Program-made: the position numbers and the translations under genes | Assembly (NCBI GenBank): GCA_035602775.1 | Contig: DATNLS010000245.1 | Coordinates: 1 to 37,217 of the forward strand | Length of the DNA stretch: 37,217 bases | Source of the DNA: Candidatus Acidiferrales bacterium | GTDB lineage: Bacteria; Desulfobacterota; Binatia; Binatales; Binataceae | Direction of reading: 5' to 3' | Part shown: positions 17,938-26,476 of the stretch, piece by piece | Position numbering within the stretch: position 1 is the first letter of the stretch | How the letters are laid out: each line of letters begins with the position of its first letter | Notes under the pieces: model-generated | What the model saw: only the letters and a program-made list of their open reading frames with translations | Told to the model about the DNA's origin: nothing | Database searches by the model: none

Positions 17938-20613
17938 TCAATTGCAGCTCAACACTACCGCGTCGGTGTTGGTGCCGGTGAGCAAGATACTGCCATTGCT
18001 TGGGACACCCAGCGTCACCGTATTTGACGGAGTGGTCGCATCACGCGCGGCGCAAACACTCGTGGTCGTCACGCATACGTTGCTGAACGTCGCGCTGCCC
18101 GACGACAGCGTAATCTGGCCTTTGCACGGAATTACCTCCGCGGCGCCGGCGGTTGAGGATAGTGGCGCGCTGCCCCATCCGGAGAAGGTCGGACTCATCA
18201 TCACGGCCGTGCCGTGTACGGTGCCGGTCGATTGTATTATCTGCGTCGGCGATCCGCCGTTGCTGGTTAGTAGTGTGCCGAAGAAGTTGACGGTGCCACC
18301 GCTGTCGAGATCGGCTACTGCCGACGAATCCTCGGCCTGCGGATTGCCACCCGTGACGTTGAGAATGCAGGTATCAGAGTTAGCCAGCACGTCGAGCGAC
18401 GTGAAGAGGTTGGCGCTATCCTCGGCATCATCCACCGGATCTTGCAAGGTCACTCCGTTCGCGCCGCCGCTGATGCAATTCTGCACAAAGCCATAGCGCG
18501 AAGTTGTATTATTGCCTTGAATGCAAATCGGATTGACATAGGTGCCCGAAGGAGCAACCTCGCAGGCCCATTCAGTGCTTACCTTGGTGCCAGACCATGA
18601 ATTGAGGCCCGTTCCATCCGCGATTCCGTAGCGGCCTCCGTTGCTGAACACCGTGATGTTTGAAAAACGGTTCTCATAGGCCAGGTTGAAGGTCTCGAAG
18701 CCAACGTCCACCGGCTGCATCGCAATTGAATCGAACATGCTGTCATGCCCGCTAACGTACATGACACCCGAAGTGTCGGCGCCACCGGGCCGGATACCCA
18801 TCTGCCGCATCCCATTCAACTCGATAAAATAGTTTCCCGATGAAGGCCGGTTCGTGTTGAAGCCGAATAGCCAGCCGTAACCAAAGGTCGCATAGGCGGT
18901 GTCGTAAGCCTTGATAAAGGGCGCGCCGCCCGGCGCCTGCTCGCCGTTGGTGAGAATCAGCGTGTTAGAGTCGCCTGTGAAGGCCGCGCTCGGCACGGTC
19001 GCGATCGTTCCCGTGTACCGCGCGATATTTGAGACGCGTACCGAGTACACCTTGCCGTCGATTGCCCCTTCGCTAAAGCTGGCTGAATCCGGCCATCCCT
19101 CCGGCACTGCACCAACGTCAACGTCTTCAGTCGGGTCTTGTACTATCGTGCCAGTCACGGCAACCGTCACGTCCGCATTGCAGTTCGAAGCACCGGGTAG
19201 GCAGAAGTATTCTCTGAGATGAGAGCCGTCATAGGTTAAGGCGGCATAGTAGGTGGTGTTAGCGGTAGGGGCGCCGTTGAATCCGGCGCTAAAGTTGCCG
19301 CCAGTAGTGTGAAGGTGAGCAGCTATTTGGCCTGAGTTGAGGCCTAAGGAAAATGCCGATACCTGCCCGACCGACGCGGAAGGTATGGAACCGCTCCCAA
19401 CCATCACGCCCGAAGTGCTTGGCGAAGGTGAGGTAAAGAACAGCTCGACCGTGAATGCCGGCAGGCCGTTCAGATTCATTCCGCTCGGCGAGCCGGCGGG
19501 GCCGTTCACACCGTCCCACTCGCGCAGGTTAATCCATTCCTGATGCGTTCGGTCGGCCGTGAAATCGAAGCTGTTGTAGGTTGAAGGATCGCCGCTCAGG
19601 AGACGAGTCGCAAGCGGTATTCCAGCATAAGCTTGCGCCGCAAAAGCCACGGTCGGACCGAAGTCGTAGGTTGGCGAAAGGGCCGAGGAGTACATCCCAC
19701 TGCCTTGCAAAGTGAGTGCGGCGCAGTTGACCCAGAGCGGATAGGTCATTTTGTAAGAACCGGGAGGAAATAGTACCGTCGTCGCGCTTACATGAGCGTC
19801 GGATACGTTGTTACCAAGGCACGCAGCGTTCACTGTGCGTTGCAGAGCGGAGGCGTCGTCGGTGCCGAACACGCCGCTGCCCGTCGCGCCGAAGTCAGTT
19901 ACGTTATAAGTTCCGTTGACGCTGAAGCTATTGAGCGTGTCCGACCCGTCCATCTTCGCCCCCGCCATCGTATTGACCTGCGCGCCCGTCTGACCCGAAT
20001 AAACCGGAGCCTTGCCGCCCAGCACGGTCTGCACAGTAGGCGCCGGCAGAGTTCCGCTCAGGTCTCCGCCGGTCAACGCGGTGGAGGTCGAAACCGGTAC
20101 CTGACCACCTAGCACCGTACTTACCACGGGATTCGGCAGCGAGCCGCCTAAGTCCCCACCTGAGGTCTGCCCGAATGGGAGCGCATCACCGGTGACCGTC
20201 CCATTGGCCAACGACGTGACCTTGTTGCCATTCGCGTTGAGACTTGATTCAAGCGTGTTGATCGTGCACGACCACTGTCCGCGGGTTCCCAACGCCCATG
20301 CGCCTTCTCCCCCGTTTCCGCACGGTGTCGTCCGCTTGCAATCGTTGCAGTAGAGGATGACGCCGTCCTGTTCGGCCGGCAAATTTGCGAAGCTTGGAGC
20401 GACGACCATCGGCAAGATAGGTTGGGTTCCCGAGAGGCGATTGTTGATGGCCTCGCGGAACTGGAGGCCGGCCCCGACCCCGGTGAAGTTCGGGATCGGT
20501 TGGTACGCTCCGGGCGGCGGAATGTTCTGCGCGCTTGCGCTCGAGAGCGCAAGCGCTACTAGCGCAAATACAGACATTGAAAGAACCGGCCGCCAAGTCC
20601 GTTTCGAGCACAT
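17938..20613 (-). CDS. Secreted tailspike-like right-handed beta-helix protein (Pectate_lyase_3-type cap) with inserted LamG/concanavalin-like domain; putative glycan depolymerase
   Basis: ATG 20613 gives MCSKRTWRPVLSMSVFALVALALSSASAQ (signal peptide). Short tail-fibre-like repeats GDLGGSLPNPVVSTVLGG / GDLSGTLPAPTVQTVLGG. YNVTDFGATGSGVFGTDDASALQRTVNAA...VLFPPGSYKM is a P22-tailspike/GH28-related cap motif. FTVELFF...TYYAALTYDGSHLREYF is LamG-like. The C-terminal half is Gly/Asn/Thr/Ser-rich and beta-helix-like. Confidence 0.7.
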   Translation of the reverse strand: MCSKRTWRPVLSMSVFALVALALSSASAQNIPPPGAYQPIPNFTGVGAGLQFREAINNRLSGTQPILPMVVAPSFANLPAEQDGVILYCNDCKRTTPCGNGGEGAWALGTRGQWSCTINTLESSLNANGNKVTSLANGTVTGDALPFGQTSGGDLGGSLPNPVVSTVLGGQVPVSTSTALTGGDLSGTLPAPTVQTVLGGKAPVYSGQTGAQVNTMAGAKMDGSDTLNSFSVNGTYNVTDFGATGSGVFGTDDASALQRTVNAACLGNNVSDAHVSATTVLFPPGSYKMTYPLWVNCAALTLQGSGMYSSALSPTYDFGPTVAFAAQAYAGIPLATRLLSGDPSTYNSFDFTADRTHQEWINLREWDGVNGPAGSPSGMNLNGLPAFTVELFFTSPSPSTSGVMVGSGSIPSASVGQVSAFSLGLNSGQIAAHLHTTGGNFSAGFNGAPTANTTYYAALTYDGSHLREYFCLPGASNCNADVTVAVTGTIVQDPTEDVDVGAVPEGWPDSASFSEGAIDGKVYSVRVSNIARYTGTIATVPSAAFTGDSNTLILTNGEQAPGGAPFIKAYDTAYATFGYGWLFGFNTNRPSSGNYFIELNGMRQMGIRPGGADTSGVMYVSGHDSMFDSIAMQPVDVGFETFNLAYENRFSNITVFSNGGRYGIADGTGLNSWSGTKVSTEWACEVAPSGTYVNPICIQGNNTTSRYGFVQNCISGGANGVTLQDPVDDAEDSANLFTSLDVLANSDTCILNVTGGNPQAEDSSAVADLDSGGTVNFFGTLLTSNGGSPTQIIQSTGTVHGTAVMMSPTFSGWGSAPLSSTAGAAEVIPCKGQITLSSGSATFSNVCVTTTSVCAARDATTPSNTVTLGVPSNGSILLTGTNTDAVVLSCN

Positions 20614-20784
20614 CAATGATACCTTGCAGCGGACTGTCGGGCGGTTAAGGAGCGAACTCAAAGGCTGATCGTAAACAATGCGGGCGGTGATCGAAAATAC
20701 TCGAACATCGACGATAGTATCCCATCATAATCTGGAAAGCGTAAGGCGGAAAAGTTCAGGGGGGGAGAATAGTCGCCTGCGCGG

Positions 20785-20822
20785 CGGGCGGCAGGGGGTG
20801 ACCCCTGCACCCAGTGATAAAA
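20785..20822 (+). repeat. Partial copy (middle hairpin module) of the three-hairpin extragenic repeat family
   Basis: gcagggggtgacccctgcacccagtgataaaa matches the central module gcaggggtgacccctgcacccagYgWtaa of the copies at 30617, 34294 and 35829. Confidence 0.6.
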
Positions 20823-20856
20823 GAGCAAAGTAGTGCGCGGCGCGCTACTTTGCTCT
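20815..20856 (-). terminator. Rho-independent terminator of the giant repeat-protein gene
   Basis: On the minus strand, an 11-bp perfect stem gagcaaagtag / ctactttgctc (20845-20855 / 20823-20833) with an 11-nt loop is followed by TTTTAT (20817-20822). It begins 18 nt after the stop codon at 20874-20876. Confidence 0.6.
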
Positions 20857-20873
20857 CAGGGCCGTGGGAGATT

Positions 20874-22467
20874 CTAGGGGCCCGTCCCCGTGAGGGTTAT
20901 GTTGTGCGGGCTGGTTGGATCGTTGCCGACGGTTACCGCCATGATGGCGCTCTCGGAGGAGCCGCCGGCCGTTGGGGTGAACGTCACGGCGATCGTGCAC
21001 GAGGAGTTGGGCGACACCATCGGTCCGCAGGTGCCGCTGCCGGTTACAGAGAAGTCGGTCGCGTTCGTGCCGCTGATGCTCTCGCTCAGCGGCAGCGCGA
21101 ATCCGGAAAGGTTGGTGACCGTCGTCTTCAGCGTCTTTGACGGGACCTTCGTGGTCAGCGAGCCGTACGCCAGCGTGGCCGGCAGGACGGTCGCGGGGAT
21201 CGTCGGGCCGGTGGTGATAGCAACCGGGTTGGGACTCAGCGGATCAGGGCTGTCGGCGACCGACAGCGTCGCGGATTCCGTTCCCAGCACGCTCGGCGAG
21301 AAGCTGACGATTATCGAGCACGACGTGAGCGCATCAAGGGTCGTGCCGCAGGTCCCTCCGCTCACCGAGAAGTCTGAGGGGTTGGCACCGCTGAAGGATT
21401 CGTTGAGGGCCACCGGTTGGCTCTGATGATTGGTCACGCTGAAGGCCTCGGTACCCTTGGCGCCGAACTTCACGTCGCCGAATAGCAGGCTGCTCTTGGT
21501 GGTCGTCAGACCCGCGATGCCGGTGCCGGTGAGCGTTACGTGCTGGGGGCTGGTGGTCGCGTTGTCGCTCAGTGTTAACGATGCGGGGCGCGCACCTACA
21601 GCATCAGGAGTGAACGACACTCCCATCGTGCAATTCGTTTTGGGCGCGATGGTGATTGGAATCGCGCCGCAGGTGCTGGTGCCGCTCAGGGCATATTCGG
21701 AGTCCGACGGTATCGCGCTCGAGACGACCAGCGGATGGGTAGCCCCGGTGTTATAGACCGTCACCGTCCTCGTCAGATTCTGCCCGACCGCGACATTGCC
21801 GAACGCAAGTGATGCGGTCACGCTCATTGAGGTAGTAGGGATCGCGGTCGGAGTTGCGGTGGCCGTAGCAGTTGCTGTTGCGGTTGCAGTCGCGGTGGCA
21901 GTAGCTGTCGCCGTTGAAGTGGGCGTAGGCGTTGCGGTGGCGGACGCCGTGGCCTTCGACGTGTTCGTAGCGGTGGCAGTCGGCGTCGAGGTGCCGGTCG
22001 CGGTGGCTGTGTTAGTTGCAGTTGCCGTGACCGTAGGCGTGGGCGTGTTGGTTGAGGAGGCGGTCGGAGAGGATGTGGGAGTTGCGCTAGCGGTCGCGGT
22101 CGGAGTGCTGGTCGCCGTAAGAGTAGCAGTGGGGCTGGCGGGCGCTACTGTGAGCGTCACGAAGCCCGACTCAGTGCCGCCGCAAGTCAGCGCATAGGTA
22201 TAGGTTCCGCTCGTGGTCGGCGTGATCGAGCGAGATCCGGAATAGACTGCGCCCGACAAGGTGCCGGTCTGTATCCCAGTCCATGTGCCGGCGCCGGACG
22301 CGCCGCCTTGGACGAACGCGTAGCACTGCTGCTGGGTGAGAGAAGGCGCGGGCGATACATTCCAAGAGAGTGTAACCGGATTGCCCAGTCCGATTTGCGA
22401 TTGGGACAAGGACAAATTCACTGGAGCAGCGAGCGCGGGCGACACGGCCAACTTGAACGCTACCCCG
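20874..22467 (-). CDS. Giant-protein fragment 4: Ig-like domain, ~100-aa Thr/Ala linker, 3 choice-of-anchor-D-like (ASH/HYDIN-type) domains
   Basis: The meaningful frame starts at ..GGVAFKLAVSPALAAPVNLSLSQSQ. Three units follow of L.FG.V.(V)G.....F.VTN....L.....SG.N..DF.(V)SG..TCG..L....SC.I.V.F.P...G...A.L.V... The part of ORF 20874..22760 upstream of about 22470 is Arg-rich shadow. No ATG and no signal peptide of its own. Confidence 0.7.
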
Positions 22468-24001
22468 CCGTTACCGCCAAATTTGCGGCTAGATCTCCGT
22501 TCCCGCCAAATTGGGTATCGCCGTAGAGATTCCCGTCGCTGCCCTGGATCAAGTTTGCGAGAGGAAAAATGCCATCGGTGCAAGGTTTCGAGCCAATCTG
22601 TTGCGTGCAGAAGTTGTAGATCGTACTGAGGACGCCGGCAGGGGAGAGCATAAAAGCGGTGCCGGCTATAGCTGAAGTGCTGCCGCCGCTCTCCGTCGTC
22701 CCGTAGAAATTCAGATCCGAGCCCTCGAGCACGCCGTTGGGTATGGAGCCGTCGGCGCAATTTGCCTTGCTACAGAAATTGTACAGGGTAGTCAGAGAGC
22801 CGGTTGGGGTTATCTTGAAGAAGCTGCCGCTTCCGCCTTCGGTGGTACCGTAGAAGTTCCCGTCCGTACCTTCGACCAGGCCGGCGACGCCCAGCGGAGT
22901 TTTGCCGTCGGTGCAGGCGGTACCTCCCAGGCTGCAGAAGCTATATAGGGAGGTAAATGTGAAACCTGGAGCGGGGGAAATTTTGAAGACGGTGCCTTCG
23001 GCATTCGCACCACCGGCAGAAGTGGTGCCGTAAAAATAGCCGTCGCTGCCCTGGACCAGGGTCGCAAACGGATTCTCGCCGTCGGTGCACCTACTGCCGC
23101 CCTGGCTGCAGAAGTTGTACAGGGTCGACAGCGCGCCGGATGACGTGATCATGTAGATGGTGCCGCCCCCGTTGCTGCCTCCGCCTTCGGTAGTTCCGTA
23201 GAAGTTGCCGTCGCTGCCGAGGGTCACGCCTCCGACAGGGTCAGACCCGTCAGTGCAAGAACTGCCACCAAGGCTGCAAAAACGATAAAGGGTGGTCAGA
23301 GTACCTGTGGAAGTGATTCTGAAAACCGTCCCATGCTCATTTGATCCGCCTTCTTCGGTGGTGCCGTAGAAGTTACCGTCCGGACCTTCGACCATAACTC
23401 TTGGGATCACGCCATCAGTGCAATTCGTTCCCCCTTGGCTACAGAAGGAATAGAGCGTGGTGTGCGCACCCGAAGGAGTGATTTGGAAGACTGTGCCGGC
23501 GCCACCGGAGATCGGGCTGACGGCACCTCCGGATAAAGTGGTGCCGTAGAAGTTGCCGTCGTGGGCTTGAATCATACTGGCTGCGGACAGAGCGCCGTCG
23601 GTGCAGTTGGCAGCGCCCTGGCTGCAGAATGAATAGAGAACCGACTCGCTTGCCGTGGCGGTCGGAGTAGGAGGGACTGTCGGCGTCGGAGTGGCTGAGG
23701 GCGCGGGAGTCGCAGTAGACGTAGGGGTCGAAGTAACCGTGGGAGTGGCGGTCGCGGTCGCTGTGGGGGTAGCCGTCGATCCGGTTGTCGGGGTCGCCGT
23801 GGCGTTACCAGTTGCCGTGGCGGTGGCCGTCGGTGTCAGCGTTGCAGTTGCGGTAGCGCCTGAGGTCGGAGTCGGCGTAGCGGTCGGCCCCAAGGGATTG
23901 TCGTATATGAGGACGCGGCCGTTGAGTGCGTCAGCGACGTAGATATTGCCGTTGATATCCGCCTTAACATCCAGGGGCCCCCACAGGCTGCTTGCGCTCA
24001 C
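22460..24001 (-). CDS. Giant-protein fragment 3: last NHL blade, Thr/Pro/Ala linker, 7 GloVer-like repeats with paired Cys
   Basis: NGNIYVADALNGRVLIYDNP; an ~80-aa linker (TPTATATATPTVTSTPTSTATPAPSATPTPT...); then 7 units of ..LY.FCSQGG..CTDG..P...L..GSDGNFYGTT..GG....GT(V/I)F(K/R)IT. The last 11 codons (DLAANLAVTAG) are frameshift read-through. Confidence 0.75.
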   Translation of the reverse strand: MSASSLWGPLDVKADINGNIYVADALNGRVLIYDNPLGPTATPTPTSGATATATLTPTATATATGNATATPTTGSTATPTATATATPTVTSTPTSTATPAPSATPTPTVPPTPTATASESVLYSFCSQGAANCTDGALSAASMIQAHDGNFYGTTLSGGAVSPISGGAGTVFQITPSGAHTTLYSFCSQGGTNCTDGVIPRVMVEGPDGNFYGTTEEGGSNEHGTVFRITSTGTLTTLYRFCSLGGSSCTDGSDPVGGVTLGSDGNFYGTTEGGGSNGGGTIYMITSSGALSTLYNFCSQGGSRCTDGENPFATLVQGSDGYFYGTTSAGGANAEGTVFKISPAPGFTFTSLYSFCSLGGTACTDGKTPLGVAGLVEGTDGNFYGTTEGGSGSFFKITPTGSLTTLYNFCSKANCADGSIPNGVLEGSDLNFYGTTESGGSTSAIAGTAFMLSPAGVLSTIYNFCTQQIGSKPCTDGIFPLANLIQGSDGNLYGDTQFGGNGDLAANLAVTAG

Positions 24002-24366
24002 GCCGCCGTATTGACAGTGCCGGAAGTGAAGCTGTTGAACTGTCCAAACACCAGATCGGCAGTATTGTTGGTGAGCGGAGTGTTGTATTCCAGCACGCGA
24101 TTGTTGTTGTTGTCGGTTGCGTACAGGTTGCCAAGGGCGTCGAGACCAATCCCAAACGGGTAATAGAGGCTGTTAGCGCTGATCCCGCCGTTGTTGCACG
24201 TATTCGAGACAAAACCAGGCTGACCGAACACCTGATCCGCGATAGTGTCCGTGGTGAGTGGGCTGTCGTATTCGAGCACGCGGCAGTTGCTTGTGTCGGC
24301 GACGAAAACGTCGCCGCTCGCGTCCACCACAAGACCGACCGGGTCGCACAGGCTGGACGCACTCAA
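23998..24366 (-). CDS. Giant-protein fragment 2: NHL blades 10-11
   Basis: The in-frame continuation FGQGGSFTSSSCNSGGLSASSLCDPVGLVVDASGDVFVADTSNCRVLEYDSP... actually begins about 24417. The track start at 24366 is only a TTG inside the conserved G(L/V)SASSL motif. Confidence 0.65.
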   Translation of the reverse strand: MSASSLCDPVGLVVDASGDVFVADTSNCRVLEYDSPLTTDTIADQVFGQPGFVSNTCNNGGISANSLYYPFGIGLDALGNLYATDNNNNRVLEYNTPLTNNTADLVFGQFNSFTSGTVNTAA

Positions 24367-26258
24367 TCCGCCGCTGTTGCAGCTACTCGATGTGAAGCTG
24401 CCGCCCTGCCCGAATACCGGTCGGCGGTGGTGTCGCCGCTCCCCGGAATCGCGGTTGAGGTCAGCGGAGTGTTGTATTCGAGCACGCGACTGTTTTCCCC
24501 ATCAACCACGTACAGGTTGCCGGCGGCGTCCACCGCAATCCCACCGGGGCCCCCCAAGCTGTTAGCGTTTACTCCACCGTTGTTCGCAAAATTTGAAGTG
24601 AAGCTGCCGCCCTGCCCGAACACCAGGTTGGCCGGACCTGCGACGCAGGGGAACGAACCGCAGCCGGCGAATGGAGCGTTGTATTCCAGCACCCGGTTGT
24701 TGCCTTCGTCCGCGACATAGAGGTTGCCACTGCCGTCGACGGCAAGGGGGCCGGTTCCGTAGAGACTGTTTGCACTTATCCCGCCGTTGTTGCCTGTGGA
24801 CGAGATAAAGTCGGGCTGACCGATCACCAAGTCGGCCGGCGCGTCATTATACAGAGCCGTCACATCCTTCCAGCCCAGGACACGGTTGTTCAGTTGGTCG
24901 GCAACATATAGTCGGTTGGGGACTACGCTCGTGTCGATCGCAACGAAGGCGGGATAGGAAAACGAGCTGGCAGTGGTCGGGGCCAGGTTCTCGTCGTCAA
25001 GTGAGAACGTGTCCTGACCGATGACTAAATTGGCGCTAGGGTTGGTGCCAATCTGCGTAGTGTATTGGAACACGCTGTTCTCACCGTAGACGGCCACATA
25101 TAGATCTCCGCTAGTGTCCAGCGCGAGACCCGCTGGTTCATACAAATCACTCGCCTTGGGACCGCCGAAATCGGCGGTAGTGTAACGTCCTTCCTGGCCA
25201 ATCACTCTATCCGCGACCGTGCCGCTGGAGAGCGGAGTCTGGTACCAGAGCACTCGGTTGTTTCCGTAATCCGCGATATAGACGTTGTCGCCGGAGTCCA
25301 CCGCAACTCCGTAGGGCTTGCACAGGCTGCTACTCGTGGGCTCGCCGGGGATGCACGCGTTTGAAGTAAAACTGCCGCTTTGCCCGAACACGGTAGCGGC
25401 GGCCGGATTAGTATTGAACGGCCTGTTGTATTCAAGCACCCGGTTGTTGCCTTCATCGGCGACGTAGAGATTGCCGCCGGCGTCTAATGTAATCCCGTAC
25501 GGAGTGCATAGGCTGTGCGCGCTGAGGCTCTCGCACAAGTCTGAGGAAAAGCTGCCCCCTTGCCCGAACACTTGGTCGGCAGAGGTGTTACTAAGCGGAG
25601 TGTTGTATTCGAGCACCCGGTTATTGCTTGAATCCGAGACGTAGAGATTGCCGCTCGTATCCAATGCAACTCCGAACGGCTTGCAGAGGCTGTTCTTGCT
25701 CAACCCGCCATTGTTACAGGTTGCGGAGTAAAAGCTGCCGCCCTGGCCGAACACTTCGTTGGCGGACCCGCCTACGCAGGGGAAAGAACCGCATCCCGCG
25801 AACGGAGTATCGAATTCGAGCACCCGGTTGTTGTTGGTGTCCGTAACGTACAGGTTGCCGCTCGCGTCCACCGCGACCCCGTCAGGCACGCACAGGCTGC
25901 CGGCGCTCAGCCCGCCGGTGTTGCAGCCGTTTGAAGAGAAGGCGGGCTGCCCAATTACCAGGTCGGCCAGACCGCCAGTCATCAGAGTTGCTACATCGTT
26001 GTAACCGAGCACCCGGTTGTTCGCGCTGTCGCTAATATAGAGGCGGTTCGGAACCACGCTAGTATCAACCGCTACTGCTGTAGGGCTATGAAGGCCGGCT
26101 GCGCTGGTGAAGTTCTCAGGATTGTCGGTGAAATCGGGCTGACCCAGCACAATATCCGCGATCGTGTCGCCTTGCATCGCGATCGAAGGAGGGGCCAGGG
26201 CCGCGGCGATGATCATCATGGATATCGCGGCGAGTTTCGAGAACCCTGATATTTTCAA
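24363..26258 (-). CDS. Giant-protein fragment 1: signal peptide plus 9 NHL-repeat blades
   Basis: MKISGFSKLAAISMMIIAAALAPPSIAMQ, then repeated ...LYV(A/S)D..NNRVLEYNTP...ADxVFGQ(G)GSF(T/S)S..CN.GG.SA.SL..P.G.A.D units. The last ~17 codons (YSGRAAASHRVAATAAD) are out of frame after the deletion near 24417. Confidence 0.8.
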   Translation of the reverse strand: MKISGFSKLAAISMMIIAAALAPPSIAMQGDTIADIVLGQPDFTDNPENFTSAAGLHSPTAVAVDTSVVPNRLYISDSANNRVLGYNDVATLMTGGLADLVIGQPAFSSNGCNTGGLSAGSLCVPDGVAVDASGNLYVTDTNNNRVLEFDTPFAGCGSFPCVGGSANEVFGQGGSFYSATCNNGGLSKNSLCKPFGVALDTSGNLYVSDSSNNRVLEYNTPLSNTSADQVFGQGGSFSSDLCESLSAHSLCTPYGITLDAGGNLYVADEGNNRVLEYNRPFNTNPAAATVFGQSGSFTSNACIPGEPTSSSLCKPYGVAVDSGDNVYIADYGNNRVLWYQTPLSSGTVADRVIGQEGRYTTADFGGPKASDLYEPAGLALDTSGDLYVAVYGENSVFQYTTQIGTNPSANLVIGQDTFSLDDENLAPTTASSFSYPAFVAIDTSVVPNRLYVADQLNNRVLGWKDVTALYNDAPADLVIGQPDFISSTGNNGGISANSLYGTGPLAVDGSGNLYVADEGNNRVLEYNAPFAGCGSFPCVAGPANLVFGQGGSFTSNFANNGGVNANSLGGPGGIAVDAAGNLYVVDGENSRVLEYNTPLTSTAIPGSGDTTADRYSGRAAASHRVAATAAD

Positions 26259-26476
26259 ATCAATTCCCCCCTACACATCTGAACGCGGGCGATGCTTCTG
26301 CGCATAATGATCGAGACGATTGCAATCCCCACGTCCCGAAAAGAGCAATCATAAGCTGGACAGCGCAGATGTGGGACAATCAGCTATATGTCGCCCAACA
26401 ATGTGTCAACTGGCGCTTAGAAGAGAGGTGTGGTTTGAGGTTGGAGGGTAGGAATCGCGGGGAGAATCTCCTGAAT

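Larger units (their letters stand above)
20874..26258 (-). pseudogene. Giant (~1,785 codons if repaired) secreted NHL / GloVer-like / choice-of-anchor-D-like repeat protein gene, interrupted by three frame disruptions
   Basis: Four consecutive ORFs in different frames continue one another mid-domain. The NHL blade consensus runs across both 1-nt deletions (~24417 and ~24010). The last GloVer-like repeat (YGDTQFGGNG | GVAFKL) runs across a 29-nt imperfect duplication (22468-22496). Confidence 0.6.

Noticed and set aside
21796-22197. Plus-strand ORFs translating as (VA)n (21796..22197 and 23655..23942).
   Set aside because: They are the reverse complement of the Thr/Ala/Pro linker-coding regions of the giant minus-strand gene, so they are mirror-image low complexity, not genes.
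20874-22760. Searched for a PEP-CTERM, LPXTG or T9SS sorting tail at the C-terminus of the giant protein and of the other secreted proteins, and for an exosortase gene.
   Set aside because: The giant protein ends ...TSPHNITLTGTGP, with no PEP motif plus TM plus Arg-cluster. No exosortase-like polytopic protein lies in the window. The N-terminal ~100 codons of ORF 20874..22760 are shadow frame.
23998-24366. The 4-nt NTGA start/stop overlaps at 24363-24366 (TTGA) and 23998-24001 (GTGA) could mean three translationally coupled separate genes, or programmed frameshifting.
   Set aside because: Both overlaps fall inside the conserved blade motif G(L/V)SASSL, whose codons (T/G)TG AGY create TGA in the shifted frame automatically. 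The ORF boundaries cut NHL blades in half, and the downstream pieces lack signal peptides. No slippery heptamer is seen at the true shift sites.
24363-26258. The periodic ~135-nt repeats might be a CRISPR-like or satellite array.
   Set aside because: The repeats are degenerate at the DNA level, in frame, and encode NHL blades. There is no repeat/spacer alternation.
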